Positions 50,109 through 59,993 of a stretch of DNA of 64,000 bases are shown here, piece after piece. The notes beneath the pieces were generated by a model that saw only the letters and a list, made by a program, of their open reading frames with translations, was not told the DNA's origin and did not search any database. The translations under genes were made by a program, and so were the position numbers. Origin of the DNA: Chthonomonadales bacterium (GTDB lineage: Bacteria > Armatimonadota > Chthonomonadetes > Chthonomonadales > CAJBBX01); assembly GCA_049967475.1 (NCBI GenBank), contig JBMFSQ010000001.1, positions 214,600-278,599 of the forward strand, in the 5' to 3' direction. Position 1 is the stretch's first letter, and each line of letters begins with the position of its first letter.

Positions 50109-51566
50109 TCAGGGAGCCGTTTGGGCGCTCCGTTCAGCCTGCATGCGCTGGGCGTTGGCACGTGTGCGCGCCTTGTATCCTTCCACCCCATCCTGGCGAT
50201 ACGTAAGGTCAGAGGCCGCATCGGGGATGCCTCGATCGTTCACGGCCAGGTCCTGCAAGCGGCCCTTCACCGCCACAGCATCCATGAGGGTCCGCATCAG
50301 CAGGAACAGGTGGTAGCCATCGCGGCGGGCGAGCGTGATGCCGGCAGCCGGGACCCCGTTGGCGAGGTAATCGTCCATCGTCGCCCGGCATGAGGCATCC
50401 TGAACGGCTTGCATGGGCAGCCCTTCGAAAAACTTGAGGTCTCCTTCGATTTGACTGCCTGTGGGGATAGTCAAAGGGCTCCCGAGGTCGCTCCAGCGCA
50501 CAAAGAGGACGATCTTATCGTGGGGACCGCGCAGAATGCCGTTGAGAATGGAATGGTTCCCTGTGGGGCCACGCGTGCCGATGATATTGAGCCCCTGTCC
50601 TCGTTCCTGCAGCGATTCCTCGTAAAGCTGCGTGAACCAATCACCCAACCGTGCATCATCGGCGTAGTTGCAGAACACCATATCCGTCTTGCGGGAGTAC
50701 TGTTCTGCTAGATGCCACCAGCGAGCCAATCGGAAGGCGCCATTTTCGCGATGATCCGCCGGGAGGAGAAAGCGCCGATGGGCTTCCGCATAGCCGGCAA
50801 GGGCGGATGCCACGCGGTCCCTCGGCGCTTCACGAATGGCTGTGACGGCATACGGGAAGAGCCCCACTGGGGATGCGAAGCTGAAGCGTCCGCCGACCCC
50901 CTCGGGAACGGGCAGTATTCCGAAGAAAGGGGTCGCTCGGTTCATCTCAAAAAGAACACTGTCCGGTGCATAGCCCGTGGTGGCTACAAAGTGGGATGCC
51001 CAATCCTTGATGCCCGCCGCAATCATTCGTTCTCGGATCACGAGGGCCGCGGCGATGGTCTCGCCGGTCTTCCCCGATTTACTTACCACGTTGACGCACG
51101 TGTGCTGCAAGAGGCGGCGCGCTTCCAGAAGCTCGAGGAGGGCATCCAACCGTTTTGGGTCGAACGTGTCCCCGGTAAAGTAGAGCTCCGGTGCGCCGCG
51201 CCGTTGGTCTGGTGAAAGCTGGTTGTGAAACGGGTGATCCAGGACGTCGTGGAGCGTACGCGCCCCAAGGTCCGATCCTCCGATGCCGACGACTACCAAC
51301 ACGCGGAAGGCAGATCGCACGCGATCCGCAAGCGACACCACGGCCTCGATATCGTCGCGGCGTGTGTGGCTCTGCGTCCAGGCACGGAGATTGCGTTCCA
51401 GGGTTTCATAGCCCGCCTGCTGTTCGGCAGCGAAGTCCCGGTGGATTGCAGCGAGCCGCGCATCGAGTTCGGCCGTATGGGCTTGGCAGACCATGCTCGC
51501 TGCAAGGTTCAACGCGGCGGCGTCGTCGAGCAGGATGGGCTCAAGGGGCTTTGCGGCAGCGTCCAT
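50109..51566 (-). CDS. pgi: Glucose-6-phosphate isomerase (divergent)
   Basis: GIGGSDLG, SKSGKTGET, VGGRFS, QDGVEGYK. Confidence 0.88.
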   Translation of the reverse strand: MDAAAKPLEPILLDDAAALNLAASMVCQAHTAELDARLAAIHRDFAAEQQAGYETLERNLRAWTQSHTRRDDIEAVVSLADRVRSAFRVLVVVGIGGSDLGARTLHDVLDHPFHNQLSPDQRRGAPELYFTGDTFDPKRLDALLELLEARRLLQHTCVNVVSKSGKTGETIAAALVIRERMIAAGIKDWASHFVATTGYAPDSVLFEMNRATPFFGILPVPEGVGGRFSFASPVGLFPYAVTAIREAPRDRVASALAGYAEAHRRFLLPADHRENGAFRLARWWHLAEQYSRKTDMVFCNYADDARLGDWFTQLYEESLQERGQGLNIIGTRGPTGNHSILNGILRGPHDKIVLFVRWSDLGSPLTIPTGSQIEGDLKFFEGLPMQAVQDASCRATMDDYLANGVPAAGITLARRDGYHLFLLMRTLMDAVAVKGRLQDLAVNDRGIPDAASDLTYRQDGVEGYKARTRANAQRMQAERSAQTAP

Positions 51567-51770
51567 AGCGGCATGTCCTTCCTTTGTGCACAACAGAGCG
51601 GATTGCTGCCCCGAATTGTACCCGCATGCCGATGGAAGCGGCTATATTGGAGGCATGCCGGCGGGGTACCATAGTGCGGGCCTTGTTGCCGGGCGGGGCG
51701 AGGGTTCTGATTCTGCATCTGCGTGAGGCTTCGCCCGCCGGCATCCATAAGCAGAGCAGAGGAGAGGCAA

Positions 51771-53129
51771 ATGAGTTTTCCGCCCGAGTTCTTCTTCGGC
51801 GTTGCAACGGCATCGTACCAGATTGAGGGGAGTGCTGCCCGCGCAGGGGGCGGCCTCTCCGTTTGGGATATGTTCTGTCGCAGACCGGGCAAGGTGTGGA
51901 ACGGCGATACAGGGGAAGTTGCCTGCGACCATTACAACCGCTGGCGCGAAGATGTAGCGATTATGAAAGAGATCGGCGTGCAGGCGTATCGGTTCTCGGT
52001 GTCCTGGCCGCGCGTGATCCCGCAAGGCGTGGGATGCATCCATGCCGAGGGACTGGCGTTTTATGATCGCCTGGTGGATGCCTTGCTGGAAGCCTCCATC
52101 GAGCCATGGATTACCCTCTTCCACTGGGACTATCCGTACGAACTCTACTGTCGAGGCGGATGGCTCAATCCGGATAGTCCATCTTGGTTTGCAGAATATG
52201 CTTCGGTATTGGCACGCAAGCTCTCGGACCGCGTGGCGCACTGGATCACACTGAACGAGCCGCAGTGCTTCATCGGATTGGGGCACCAGTTGGGAACGCA
52301 TGCACCAGGCGATCAACTGGGTTTGGCCGAAGTCCTTCGGGCTGCGCACCACGCGCTGCTCGCCCATGGTCGGGCGGTTCAGGTGCTACGCTCAGAATGC
52401 CGAAAGGCACCCCGCGTCGGCATTGCCCCCGTGGGTGTCACAAAGCATCCGGCTTCCGGCGATGCGCCGGATGTGGAGGCAGCGCGCCAGGCCATGTTCC
52501 GTATCGTGGACACGAGCCCGTGGAACAACACCTGGTGGCTCGATCCCATAATCCGCGGCGCCTATCCGGACGATGGCCTCAAGCTCTTCGGGAACGCTGT
52601 TCCCCAGATCCGTTCGGAGGATTTGGACACAATCTGCCAGCCGCTGGACTTTTTGGGAGTGAACATTTACAACAGCCAGCCTATTCGGGCTGCCGCAGAC
52701 GGCGCATTCGACGTGGTACCCTACTCGGTGAATACGGCGCGAACTACGTACGGATGGCCCGTGACGCCTGAGGCTCTCTACTGGGGTCCGCGCTTCTTTT
52801 GGGAGCGGTACCATCTCCCCATCGTCATCACGGAGACCGGTATGGGGAATACCGATTGGCCCGCTGAAGATGGCATGGTGCACGATCCTCAGCGCATAGA
52901 TTTCCTTACCCGCTATCTGCGACACCTTCATCGCGCCAGCATAGAAGGAGTGCCGGTTCAGGGCTGCTTCCATTGGTCCCTAATGGACAACTTCGAATGG
53001 AACGAGGGATACCGAATGCGTTTTGGCCTTGTTTATGTAAACTACGACACCCAGGAGCGCATCCTCAAGGACTCGGCGCGATGGTACCGGGAGCTCATCC
53101 AGAGCCGGGGCGAGGGTTCGGAAGTATAG
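51771..53129 (+). CDS. Beta-glucosidase, GH1
   Basis: FGVATASYQIEG, TLNEP, ITETG, WSLMDNFEW. Confidence 0.96.
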   Translation: MSFPPEFFFGVATASYQIEGSAARAGGGLSVWDMFCRRPGKVWNGDTGEVACDHYNRWREDVAIMKEIGVQAYRFSVSWPRVIPQGVGCIHAEGLAFYDRLVDALLEASIEPWITLFHWDYPYELYCRGGWLNPDSPSWFAEYASVLARKLSDRVAHWITLNEPQCFIGLGHQLGTHAPGDQLGLAEVLRAAHHALLAHGRAVQVLRSECRKAPRVGIAPVGVTKHPASGDAPDVEAARQAMFRIVDTSPWNNTWWLDPIIRGAYPDDGLKLFGNAVPQIRSEDLDTICQPLDFLGVNIYNSQPIRAAADGAFDVVPYSVNTARTTYGWPVTPEALYWGPRFFWERYHLPIVITETGMGNTDWPAEDGMVHDPQRIDFLTRYLRHLHRASIEGVPVQGCFHWSLMDNFEWNEGYRMRFGLVYVNYDTQERILKDSARWYRELIQSRGEGSEV

Positions 53130-53157
53130 CATTGGCGGCAAAGGGGGAGGGATCGGC

Positions 53158-54060
53158 ATGCAGGGCCCGGTATTCGTAGCAACCTGGCATTTCGGCGTCG
53201 AAGCCTGTGAGGTAGGCGGTCGAGCGCTGGCCGCCGGCGCCTGTGCCCTGGATGCCGTGGAATTAGGCGCCAATGCCGTGGAAGAGAACCCGGACGTCCT
53301 ATCCGTTGGATACGGGGGCCTTCCAAATGCCGAAGGAGTGGTGGAGCTGGATGCGGCGATTATGGATGGCCGGACGCACGCCGCGGGCGCGGTGGCAGGG
53401 CTGACAGGGATACGGCGCCCGATTTCGGTGGCCCGAGCGGTGATGGAGCGGACGCCCCACGTGATGCTCGTCGGCTATAACGCCCGCCGCTTCGCATTGC
53501 AGCACGGGTTCCCCGAGAGCGACTTGCTTACGGAAGTGTCCCGGGCGCGCTACCGTCAATGGCTGGCCCAGAACCAAGCTGCAACGGTGGCTCATTTTGA
53601 CGACCGCGGGCACGACACGGTGGGCGTATGTGCTCTGGATGGCCGCGGCGACCTTGCTGCAGGATGCACGACTTCCGGCCTTGCATGGAAGCTTCCCGGC
53701 CGCGTAGGGGATAGCCCGATCATCGGTTCCGGCCTGTATGTGGATAACCGTGTTGGCGCAGCGGCAGCCACAGGGAACGGCGATGAGATCATGAAGGTGT
53801 GCCTGAGCTACCGCGTGATCTGCGCAATGGAGGGCGGCATGGGCCCCCAAGAAGCGTGCGAGGCGGCGATCCGCTATCTGCTGAGAGTACGACCCCACGC
53901 ACAACAGCAGGGCGCCGCCGTCATCGCCGTAAGCAAATCGGGCGGTGTTGGAGCTGCCGCCACGCAGTCCGGATTTCGCAAACCCGATCGCCTGTGGCAG
54001 TATGCTGTGGCCTCAGAAGGCGCCGTCCAGCTTTTGGAAGGCCCCTATATCGGCGGCTGA
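53158..54060 (+). CDS. N4-(beta-N-acetylglucosaminyl)-L-asparaginase (Ntn hydrolase)
   Basis: SVGYGGLPN, HD|TVG autocleavage site, TSG, GRVGDSP. Confidence 0.9.
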   Translation: MQGPVFVATWHFGVEACEVGGRALAAGACALDAVELGANAVEENPDVLSVGYGGLPNAEGVVELDAAIMDGRTHAAGAVAGLTGIRRPISVARAVMERTPHVMLVGYNARRFALQHGFPESDLLTEVSRARYRQWLAQNQAATVAHFDDRGHDTVGVCALDGRGDLAAGCTTSGLAWKLPGRVGDSPIIGSGLYVDNRVGAAAATGNGDEIMKVCLSYRVICAMEGGMGPQEACEAAIRYLLRVRPHAQQQGAAVIAVSKSGGVGAAATQSGFRKPDRLWQYAVASEGAVQLLEGPYIGG

Positions 54061-54118
54061 CGGATCTGCTGCATCGCCGCGCTTGTGCGGTGCGAAGGCG
54101 TAACGGAGTGATGCGGCA

Positions 54119-55333
54119 TTATGCGTTCTCGAGGGCGGCTTCGTTCGCTAGGACCGCCCGTGACGGTTCGCGCACGAGCCCAAAGAGGATCACGCTTCCG
54201 GTGAGGGCGATGGCAGCCAGAAAGAGGTAGAGGTTACGTATCCCAACCAGATCCGCCACGCGTCCGGCGGCGAGGGGGCCCAGGGCGTAGGCAGCCGACC
54301 CCGCCGCGTTGAGAAGTGCCTGCCCTGTGGCCCGGTATCGCGGGGGGGCAGCATCGGCCATGAAGGCGAAGGGCACTACGGCGAGGACGCTGAAGGTGAG
54401 GCCGTGGGTGGCCTGCAGAGCCAGTGCGGTAGTAGGCACCGTAGCGGCAGCGTAAAGGGCCAGCCGCACGGGAAGCACGATGTAGCAGATCCTCAGGGGC
54501 AGCATACGGCCGAAGCGATCTGCCGCCCATCCCATGATGAAGAGGAAAGGCAGCTCGCAACCGGCGCTTATGGCGTAGGCCAAGGGGATGATCCTGGGCG
54601 AAGCAGGCGGATAAAAGGACTTGAGGTAAAGGCTTAGGTTCGCCGTTGCGGGCATCAGCGCCATGTACCCCAGTAGGTACGCCACGACGAAGGCACGCGT
54701 ATTGGCGTTACGGAGGATCACTCCCACCCCTTCGAAGGAGAGTTCCGAGCGACCTCCGCGGATTGCCGGCCTGCCTACCAGGAGCACAGAAAGACCTGCT
54801 CCCAGGTACAACAAGCCCGTGATGATAAAGTACTGGCGGCCCTGAACAAGCCCTGGAATGGCTGCGGCCGCTCCCATGGTCATGATGAAGCCTATGGTTC
54901 CCCAGGCTCGTACCTCGGCGAACGACCGCCCTTCGCGGGATGAGGCGAACAGGTCGGCACCCAGCGCCGCGGCAATGGCCAAACTCATGGTACTGCCGAC
55001 ACCCACGAGGGTCTGCATCACGGCGAAGGCGGCATAGGACCGCACCAGCGGGTACAACAGGAAGCAGGCGCTCACCAAGAGCGATCCGCTCATGATAAAC
55101 GGGTGGCGGCGACGCACACGGTCCGACCATGCGCCCGCAGGGACCAGCATGGCAGCTCCGGCTGCCGACGCCAGGGCAACTAAAGATCCAATCTGAAGAT
55201 AGGTGAAGCCGAGGCTCTTCCAGTAGAGGGGGAGGAATGGGGTCGAGAAGCCTACTCCGGCGAAGGTGGCGAAGTAATACGCCGAAAGGCCGAAGCGGTC
55301 ACGAGGGTGAAGGGCCGTGCTGGCGGAACTCAT
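54119..55333 (-). CDS. MFS transporter
   Basis: About 12 TM helices; WSDRVRRR and ADRFGR loops, RAWGTIGF. Confidence 0.9.
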   Translation of the reverse strand: MSSASTALHPRDRFGLSAYYFATFAGVGFSTPFLPLYWKSLGFTYLQIGSLVALASAAGAAMLVPAGAWSDRVRRRHPFIMSGSLLVSACFLLYPLVRSYAAFAVMQTLVGVGSTMSLAIAAALGADLFASSREGRSFAEVRAWGTIGFIMTMGAAAAIPGLVQGRQYFIITGLLYLGAGLSVLLVGRPAIRGGRSELSFEGVGVILRNANTRAFVVAYLLGYMALMPATANLSLYLKSFYPPASPRIIPLAYAISAGCELPFLFIMGWAADRFGRMLPLRICYIVLPVRLALYAAATVPTTALALQATHGLTFSVLAVVPFAFMADAAPPRYRATGQALLNAAGSAAYALGPLAAGRVADLVGIRNLYLFLAAIALTGSVILFGLVREPSRAVLANEAALENA

Positions 55334-55444
55334 CGCCAAAAAGTATACCCCGCCGGCATCGTGGCGGTTAACGGTCTTGATCTGTGCCCTAGCGATGCCT
55401 CCGGCCCGCGAGATGTCAAGGGGCACGTCAGCAGGGCGGGCGCG

Positions 55445-56524
55445 TCAGAGGAGGGTGGCCGCGAGGCGCTCTACAAGGGCGGCAAGCAGGCGGGCCATTT
55501 CGGCAGGGGCATCCTGATGCATGATCTCTAGCCCATGGGAGTTCTCTACGGGTATGCCTAGAGTGATGGGGCGGGCGCAGAGGCCTCTGTGGGCTGCGCA
55601 TGAGGCGTCCGACCCACCGCGGGATAGTGCCTGCCATCTGGGCTCAATTCCCAATTCCCTGCATATCTGTGCCACGAGATGGAGGTCCTGAGAGGACGCA
55701 GCGCTGAAGCTGTCTGCCACCCAGATGGTGGGAGCCGGATGGGGCGCAAAGGGGCCTTCGGGCACGCTCGGGCCAATCTCCAAGGCAACGCATACGTGGG
55801 GCCGGATCCCGCCGAGGAGGTACGATGCTCCTTCACCGCCCACCTCTTCGGCGGTCGTAGCGGCAAAAAGCACCGGGGCGCTCAATCCCTTTTCGCCGAG
55901 CCGGGCGATCGCCAGCAGCCATGCCACGATGTCGGCCCGGTCGTCCAAGAAGTGGGCCGCTACAAAGGGCCCTACCCGATGGAGGATGCGGTGCTCGGGG
56001 GCCAGCACCACGCGCGTACCCGGCCGCACGCCGCGGTCGCGGAGCGTGGAGGCATCCAGACCCGTGAAGACCGATGCATGGTGCCATTTGAGTGGACCGG
56101 TGCGCGCTTGCTGCGCCACTGAGGCGGGGTCCTCGGTGTGGATGGATCCGAAACCCAGCACTCCAGGAAGAGGCTGGGGATGTGCCAGGACGCTCACAGG
56201 GCGATCGCCCCATTTCCACGGATGGAGCCCACCCAGAGGCTTGACGCGCAGAAGCCCGTCCGCCTCGACGTGCGTCACCATTAGAGCAATTTCGTCCAGA
56301 TGGGCCGTCACAACGATGCGCGCAGAGGTTGCATCCAGGTCTGCGTGCATCGGCACAAGAAGGTTGCCTTTGGCGTCTACCGTGCAATCTTTGCCGATCT
56401 CCTTGACGTGGCGCTCGACGGCGAGACGCACCTCATCTTCCTGCCCGGGCGGACCTGGCAGCGCGATGAGTTCGGCGAGAAGCTGGAGCGGATCGAGCAT
56501 ATGCGCCGGATTGGTGGAGGCCAT
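55445..56524 (-). CDS. M42 family metallopeptidase
   Basis: AHLDEI, LDDR, EEVG, HGLEIMH. Confidence 0.88.
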   Translation of the reverse strand: MASTNPAHMLDPLQLLAELIALPGPPGQEDEVRLAVERHVKEIGKDCTVDAKGNLLVPMHADLDATSARIVVTAHLDEIALMVTHVEADGLLRVKPLGGLHPWKWGDRPVSVLAHPQPLPGVLGFGSIHTEDPASVAQQARTGPLKWHHASVFTGLDASTLRDRGVRPGTRVVLAPEHRILHRVGPFVAAHFLDDRADIVAWLLAIARLGEKGLSAPVLFAATTAEEVGGEGASYLLGGIRPHVCVALEIGPSVPEGPFAPHPAPTIWVADSFSAASSQDLHLVAQICRELGIEPRWQALSRGGSDASCAAHRGLCARPITLGIPVENSHGLEIMHQDAPAEMARLLAALVERLAATLL

Positions 56525-56535
56525 GTTGACGAAGG

Positions 56536-56760
56536 CTATCGCCGCATGTGGTCGAACTGGTTGGAGAGGGTAGCCAGGATGCGGTCTATGGCGGCCTTGC
56601 GGGATGGGCGTCCGGTCAAATTGTCATCACCATGGGGCAGCAGGTGAACGTATGCAGGTGCGCTGGCCCTCCAGGTGTGCGTGGCATCGTCGAACCACGA
56701 GGTAATAAGGATGGATCGGCCTCGCACCTCCTGCTTGCTGCGCTCAAAATCCGCAATCAT
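56536..56760 (-). CDS. Small hypothetical protein (74 aa)
   Basis: ATG 56760 with GGGAG SD; stop lies 11 nt before the M42 gene. Confidence 0.6.
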   Translation of the reverse strand: MIADFERSKQEVRGRSILITSWFDDATHTWRASAPAYVHLLPHGDDNLTGRPSRKAAIDRILATLSNQFDHMRR

Positions 56761-56862
56761 TTCCGTCTCCCTTCGCGGTACGGCGACGTGGGCCCCAAAA
56801 TAGAGCGAACCCTGTGCACTACCGTGAGGGGCGTACAAGGGTTCGGGCCCGGGGTGAGCTGA

Positions 56863-58095
56863 TTAGGGCGTGCGTGTCACGCCTTCCGAGTTTAGTATAC
56901 CACGGGCTGCGGGTTGAGGGAATCGCGTGCGGTGCGATGCTGCTGGCGTTCGGGCATCAAGAATGAACCAAAGGGTTTTGAGTGCAGTGGGGTTGTCCGG
57001 CTGGGCTGCGAGCACGTCGTGCACAAGATCGAGGGCCTCTGCAATGTGGCCGGTCAAGACCTCCAGGGGTGCAAGCTTCAAGGTTACGCTGACGGCATCC
57101 GGGCGGTACGCGTGGAGGGTGCGCAAGGTTCTGACGCGCTTCCACGCTGAGGCCACTGAGGCTGCGCGCTGCTGCTGAGAACGTGAATTCTTCAGGTGGA
57201 GACGCGCAGAAGCATCTGCGAGGGCTTGCAGAGCGTCGGCGTCGGCAGACGAGGCCGAGCGTGAGAGAAGCGTGAGGGCATCGCGGATGTTACCCAGCCG
57301 ATCGAAGGCGATACCAAGTTTTGCTTGGATCGCTGGGTCGCCCGGTGCCATTTGGAATGCGCGCAACAGGTACATTGTGGCCGCCTCCCAGTTGCGTTTG
57401 GTGTGGGGGCCGTATTCCAACAACAATTTCCCAACTACGTAATACCCTTGAGCGGCGGGCTGCTTAAGGGTTTGACGTGCCAGCAAAATGGCCTCATGGA
57501 TACGACCGACGTGTGCCAGAGCTTGGGCATAGGTGAGGGCGATTCCGGCACTATGGGGCTCCAGGCGGCGCGCAATCTCGAGCTCTGCGAGTGCGGTGCG
57601 GGGCACACCTTCTTCTGCAAGCGCGGCGCCGAGCACGAGATGCGCCAGTGCACAGTTCGGTTCGCGCGCCACCGCTGCACGAGCCGTCGCGGTCGCCCGC
57701 GTAAGCCTCTGGGCTCGCAGGTAGAAATCGCCTTCTCGGCACAGGATATGCTCGGCGTTGGGGTTGGCGGCGCGAAGCGTCTCCAAGCGAGAAACCGCAC
57801 CGGCCAGATTGCCTTCACGGGCGTACGCATCTGCCATCGCGAAGTAAGGCGGCGGATATCCAGGATCCGCGGCGATTGCTGTTTCCAGTTCGCCGAATGC
57901 TGCTCGTGTGTCGCCTTCATCAAGCAGCCGCAGGCCGGCCTCATAATGTGTACGCGCCAATTGCCGCGCGTTCTGCATCGGGCTCATGGCAGGTGCGTGT
58001 GCCCTGGACAGGAGGCGATATGCCACCCCGCCGCCTGCGAGAGTCATTAGGAATAATCCGCCGGCAATGAGGCGTAATTGGTTACATGGCTTCAT
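56863..58095 (-). CDS. Membrane-anchored TPR protein
   Basis: N-terminal TM; repeated TPR helices (A..DP, AHLVLG). Confidence 0.8.
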   Translation of the reverse strand: MKPCNQLRLIAGGLFLMTLAGGGVAYRLLSRAHAPAMSPMQNARQLARTHYEAGLRLLDEGDTRAAFGELETAIAADPGYPPPYFAMADAYAREGNLAGAVSRLETLRAANPNAEHILCREGDFYLRAQRLTRATATARAAVAREPNCALAHLVLGAALAEEGVPRTALAELEIARRLEPHSAGIALTYAQALAHVGRIHEAILLARQTLKQPAAQGYYVVGKLLLEYGPHTKRNWEAATMYLLRAFQMAPGDPAIQAKLGIAFDRLGNIRDALTLLSRSASSADADALQALADASARLHLKNSRSQQQRAASVASAWKRVRTLRTLHAYRPDAVSVTLKLAPLEVLTGHIAEALDLVHDVLAAQPDNPTALKTLWFILDARTPAASHRTRFPQPAARGILNSEGVTRTP

Positions 58096-58214
58096 TGGGT
58101 GCTGCAGCACGTGTATCTGGTTGTATTGTTGCTGGGTCCGGCTGCTGGGAGCGCGTTTCATCCGTCGGCCCGCAACTAAGGACCAAGCGGGCCAATGCTG
58201 TGGGGTGCCGTGGA

Positions 58215-59987
58215 TCATCTCGGCGCTGACGACGCATGGCTGGGCCGGACCGGCAATTCGTAGGCTCTGTGGTGGCCTTCGGTAATCTGGTAATGCGCGT
58301 TGCACGTAAGGTTGTGAAACATTTGGCGCAAGCCGCTCGGCCAGCGGATGGTAACCACGTCCACCCGTGAGGCTCCTCCGAGCCCGAAGTAGACGCGCCG
58401 ATCACTGGTGGACAAGTAGCTGCTGCCTCCTCGAACGGAAGCCCGTTGGTGCACGGAGCCCGCCGCCACGGTAACCTCTGCCCCGATGGCATCCTTGTTG
58501 CTTGACACTCCTGTGAGCCGGAACGAAATCCAGTGGTTGTGGCCGTGATATTCGTTGTGGAAGAGTTCTGCATCATCGTTCTGGTTGTTCACGAGAACAT
58601 CCAGCCGGCCATCGTTGTCATAGTCTCCGATTGCCAGTCCCCGCGATACCCGTGGTGTCAACAAGTCCCCAAGGAGGGCCGGATCGGTTACCTCGGTGAA
58701 GGTTCCGTCGCCATTGTTGTGCATCAGCTGTTTCGGTTCGGCGTATGTTACTCCGTCTGTTTGAGCGTCGGCGTGGATCTGCACGTGGCCATCGGCGATA
58801 AAAAGATCTGGCCAGCTGTCTGCATCATAGTCCAGGAACTCGCAACCGAACGAAAGGAACCGCATGTGAGGTTGGGCTACGCCTGCCGGCATGCCGACGT
58901 CATCGAAGCGCCGACCGTCTATATTCCGGAACAGGGCATTGGGCATTCCCGAGAAGTTGGTAACAAAGATGCTCTCTCGGCCGCTGTGGTCGTAGTCGGC
59001 GATGCCTATCCCCATGCCGGCCATTTCGTTCGCATCGCCGCTCATGGCGCATCCGGTTTCCATGGCGACGTCTGTAAAGGTTCCATTGCGATTGTTGCGC
59101 CACAGGAACGCAGGGGTCAGGTCGTTAGCCACAAAGATGTCTGGCCAGCCGTCTCCGTTGTAGTCAATCCATGCGGCCGAGAGACCCCTGCCTCTACCCG
59201 TCCCGATGCCGCTCTCCGCGCTTACGTTCCTGAAATGACCGTGGTCGTTATGATAGAGCACGTGCGTGTCGGGATCATAGATCTGAGGAGAACAGTAGTC
59301 CCGCCTCCCAGCGGGATCTTTGCATGGTTTGTCGGTGGCGGGAGACCATGGCGTGTAGTAGCAGACGTAAAGGTCCAACCAGCCGTCTCGGTCGTAATCG
59401 CCCCACGCAGCGCTCGTAGCATATCCCGTGCTGTGAACTCCGTCTAGACCTGCAGCCTTCGTGACGTCTGTGAAACGCCCGCTGCCATGTTCGTTGCGAA
59501 GAAGGTGGTTGCCACCGTATGCGGTAATAAACAAGTCGTCAAATCCATCGTTATCAAAATCACCCACAGCAACGCCTTGCGCATATCCCAGGTCGCGGTC
59601 CAGCCCGGAACCAGTGGTTACATCCGTGAAGGTCCCATCGCCATTGTTATGGTACAGGTGGCTGGAAGGTCGAGCGCGGGTCAGCGGCGTACCCGGTGAT
59701 GGGCCGGCCTGGATCAATAGGATATCCGGCCAGCCGTCGTTGTCGTAGTCAAGGAAGGCACAGCCGGCTGGAGTGCTCTCTACGAAGGCATAGCGCTGAG
59801 CCTCGGCGCCGTTCGTGAGCCGAAAGCGAATGCCGCACGTCTGGGCGACGTTGCGGAAGAGGGCATTGTCGCTCGCACGCGCCGACACCGTGCGTCCATT
59901 AGCTCGCGCAAGCCCGGACACGGTGCAGCCTGCCAGGGGCAGTGTGAGAAGGCACTCGGCTATAACCTGCCTCCAGTGCTTCACCAC
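58215..59987 (-). CDS. CRTAC1-like FG-GAP repeat lipoprotein with ASPIC/UnbV domain
   Basis: Lipobox LAGC; seven DxDxDG-type repeats; C-terminal AIGAEV...GGSSYLS...FGLG...IRWPSG. Confidence 0.93.
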   Translation of the reverse strand: MVKHWRQVIAECLLTLPLAGCTVSGLARANGRTVSARASDNALFRNVAQTCGIRFRLTNGAEAQRYAFVESTPAGCAFLDYDNDGWPDILLIQAGPSPGTPLTRARPSSHLYHNNGDGTFTDVTTGSGLDRDLGYAQGVAVGDFDNDGFDDLFITAYGGNHLLRNEHGSGRFTDVTKAAGLDGVHSTGYATSAAWGDYDRDGWLDLYVCYYTPWSPATDKPCKDPAGRRDYCSPQIYDPDTHVLYHNDHGHFRNVSAESGIGTGRGRGLSAAWIDYNGDGWPDIFVANDLTPAFLWRNNRNGTFTDVAMETGCAMSGDANEMAGMGIGIADYDHSGRESIFVTNFSGMPNALFRNIDGRRFDDVGMPAGVAQPHMRFLSFGCEFLDYDADSWPDLFIADGHVQIHADAQTDGVTYAEPKQLMHNNGDGTFTEVTDPALLGDLLTPRVSRGLAIGDYDNDGRLDVLVNNQNDDAELFHNEYHGHNHWISFRLTGVSSNKDAIGAEVTVAAGSVHQRASVRGGSSYLSTSDRRVYFGLGGASRVDVVTIRWPSGLRQMFHNLTCNAHYQITEGHHRAYELPVRPSHASSAPR

Positions 59988-59993
59988 GGGTGG

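Noticed and set aside
1732..54060. N-glycan degradation system (GH29, GH38, GH1, glycosylasparaginase)
   Set aside because: The genes are scattered over 50 kb in separate operons; no evidence of co-regulation.
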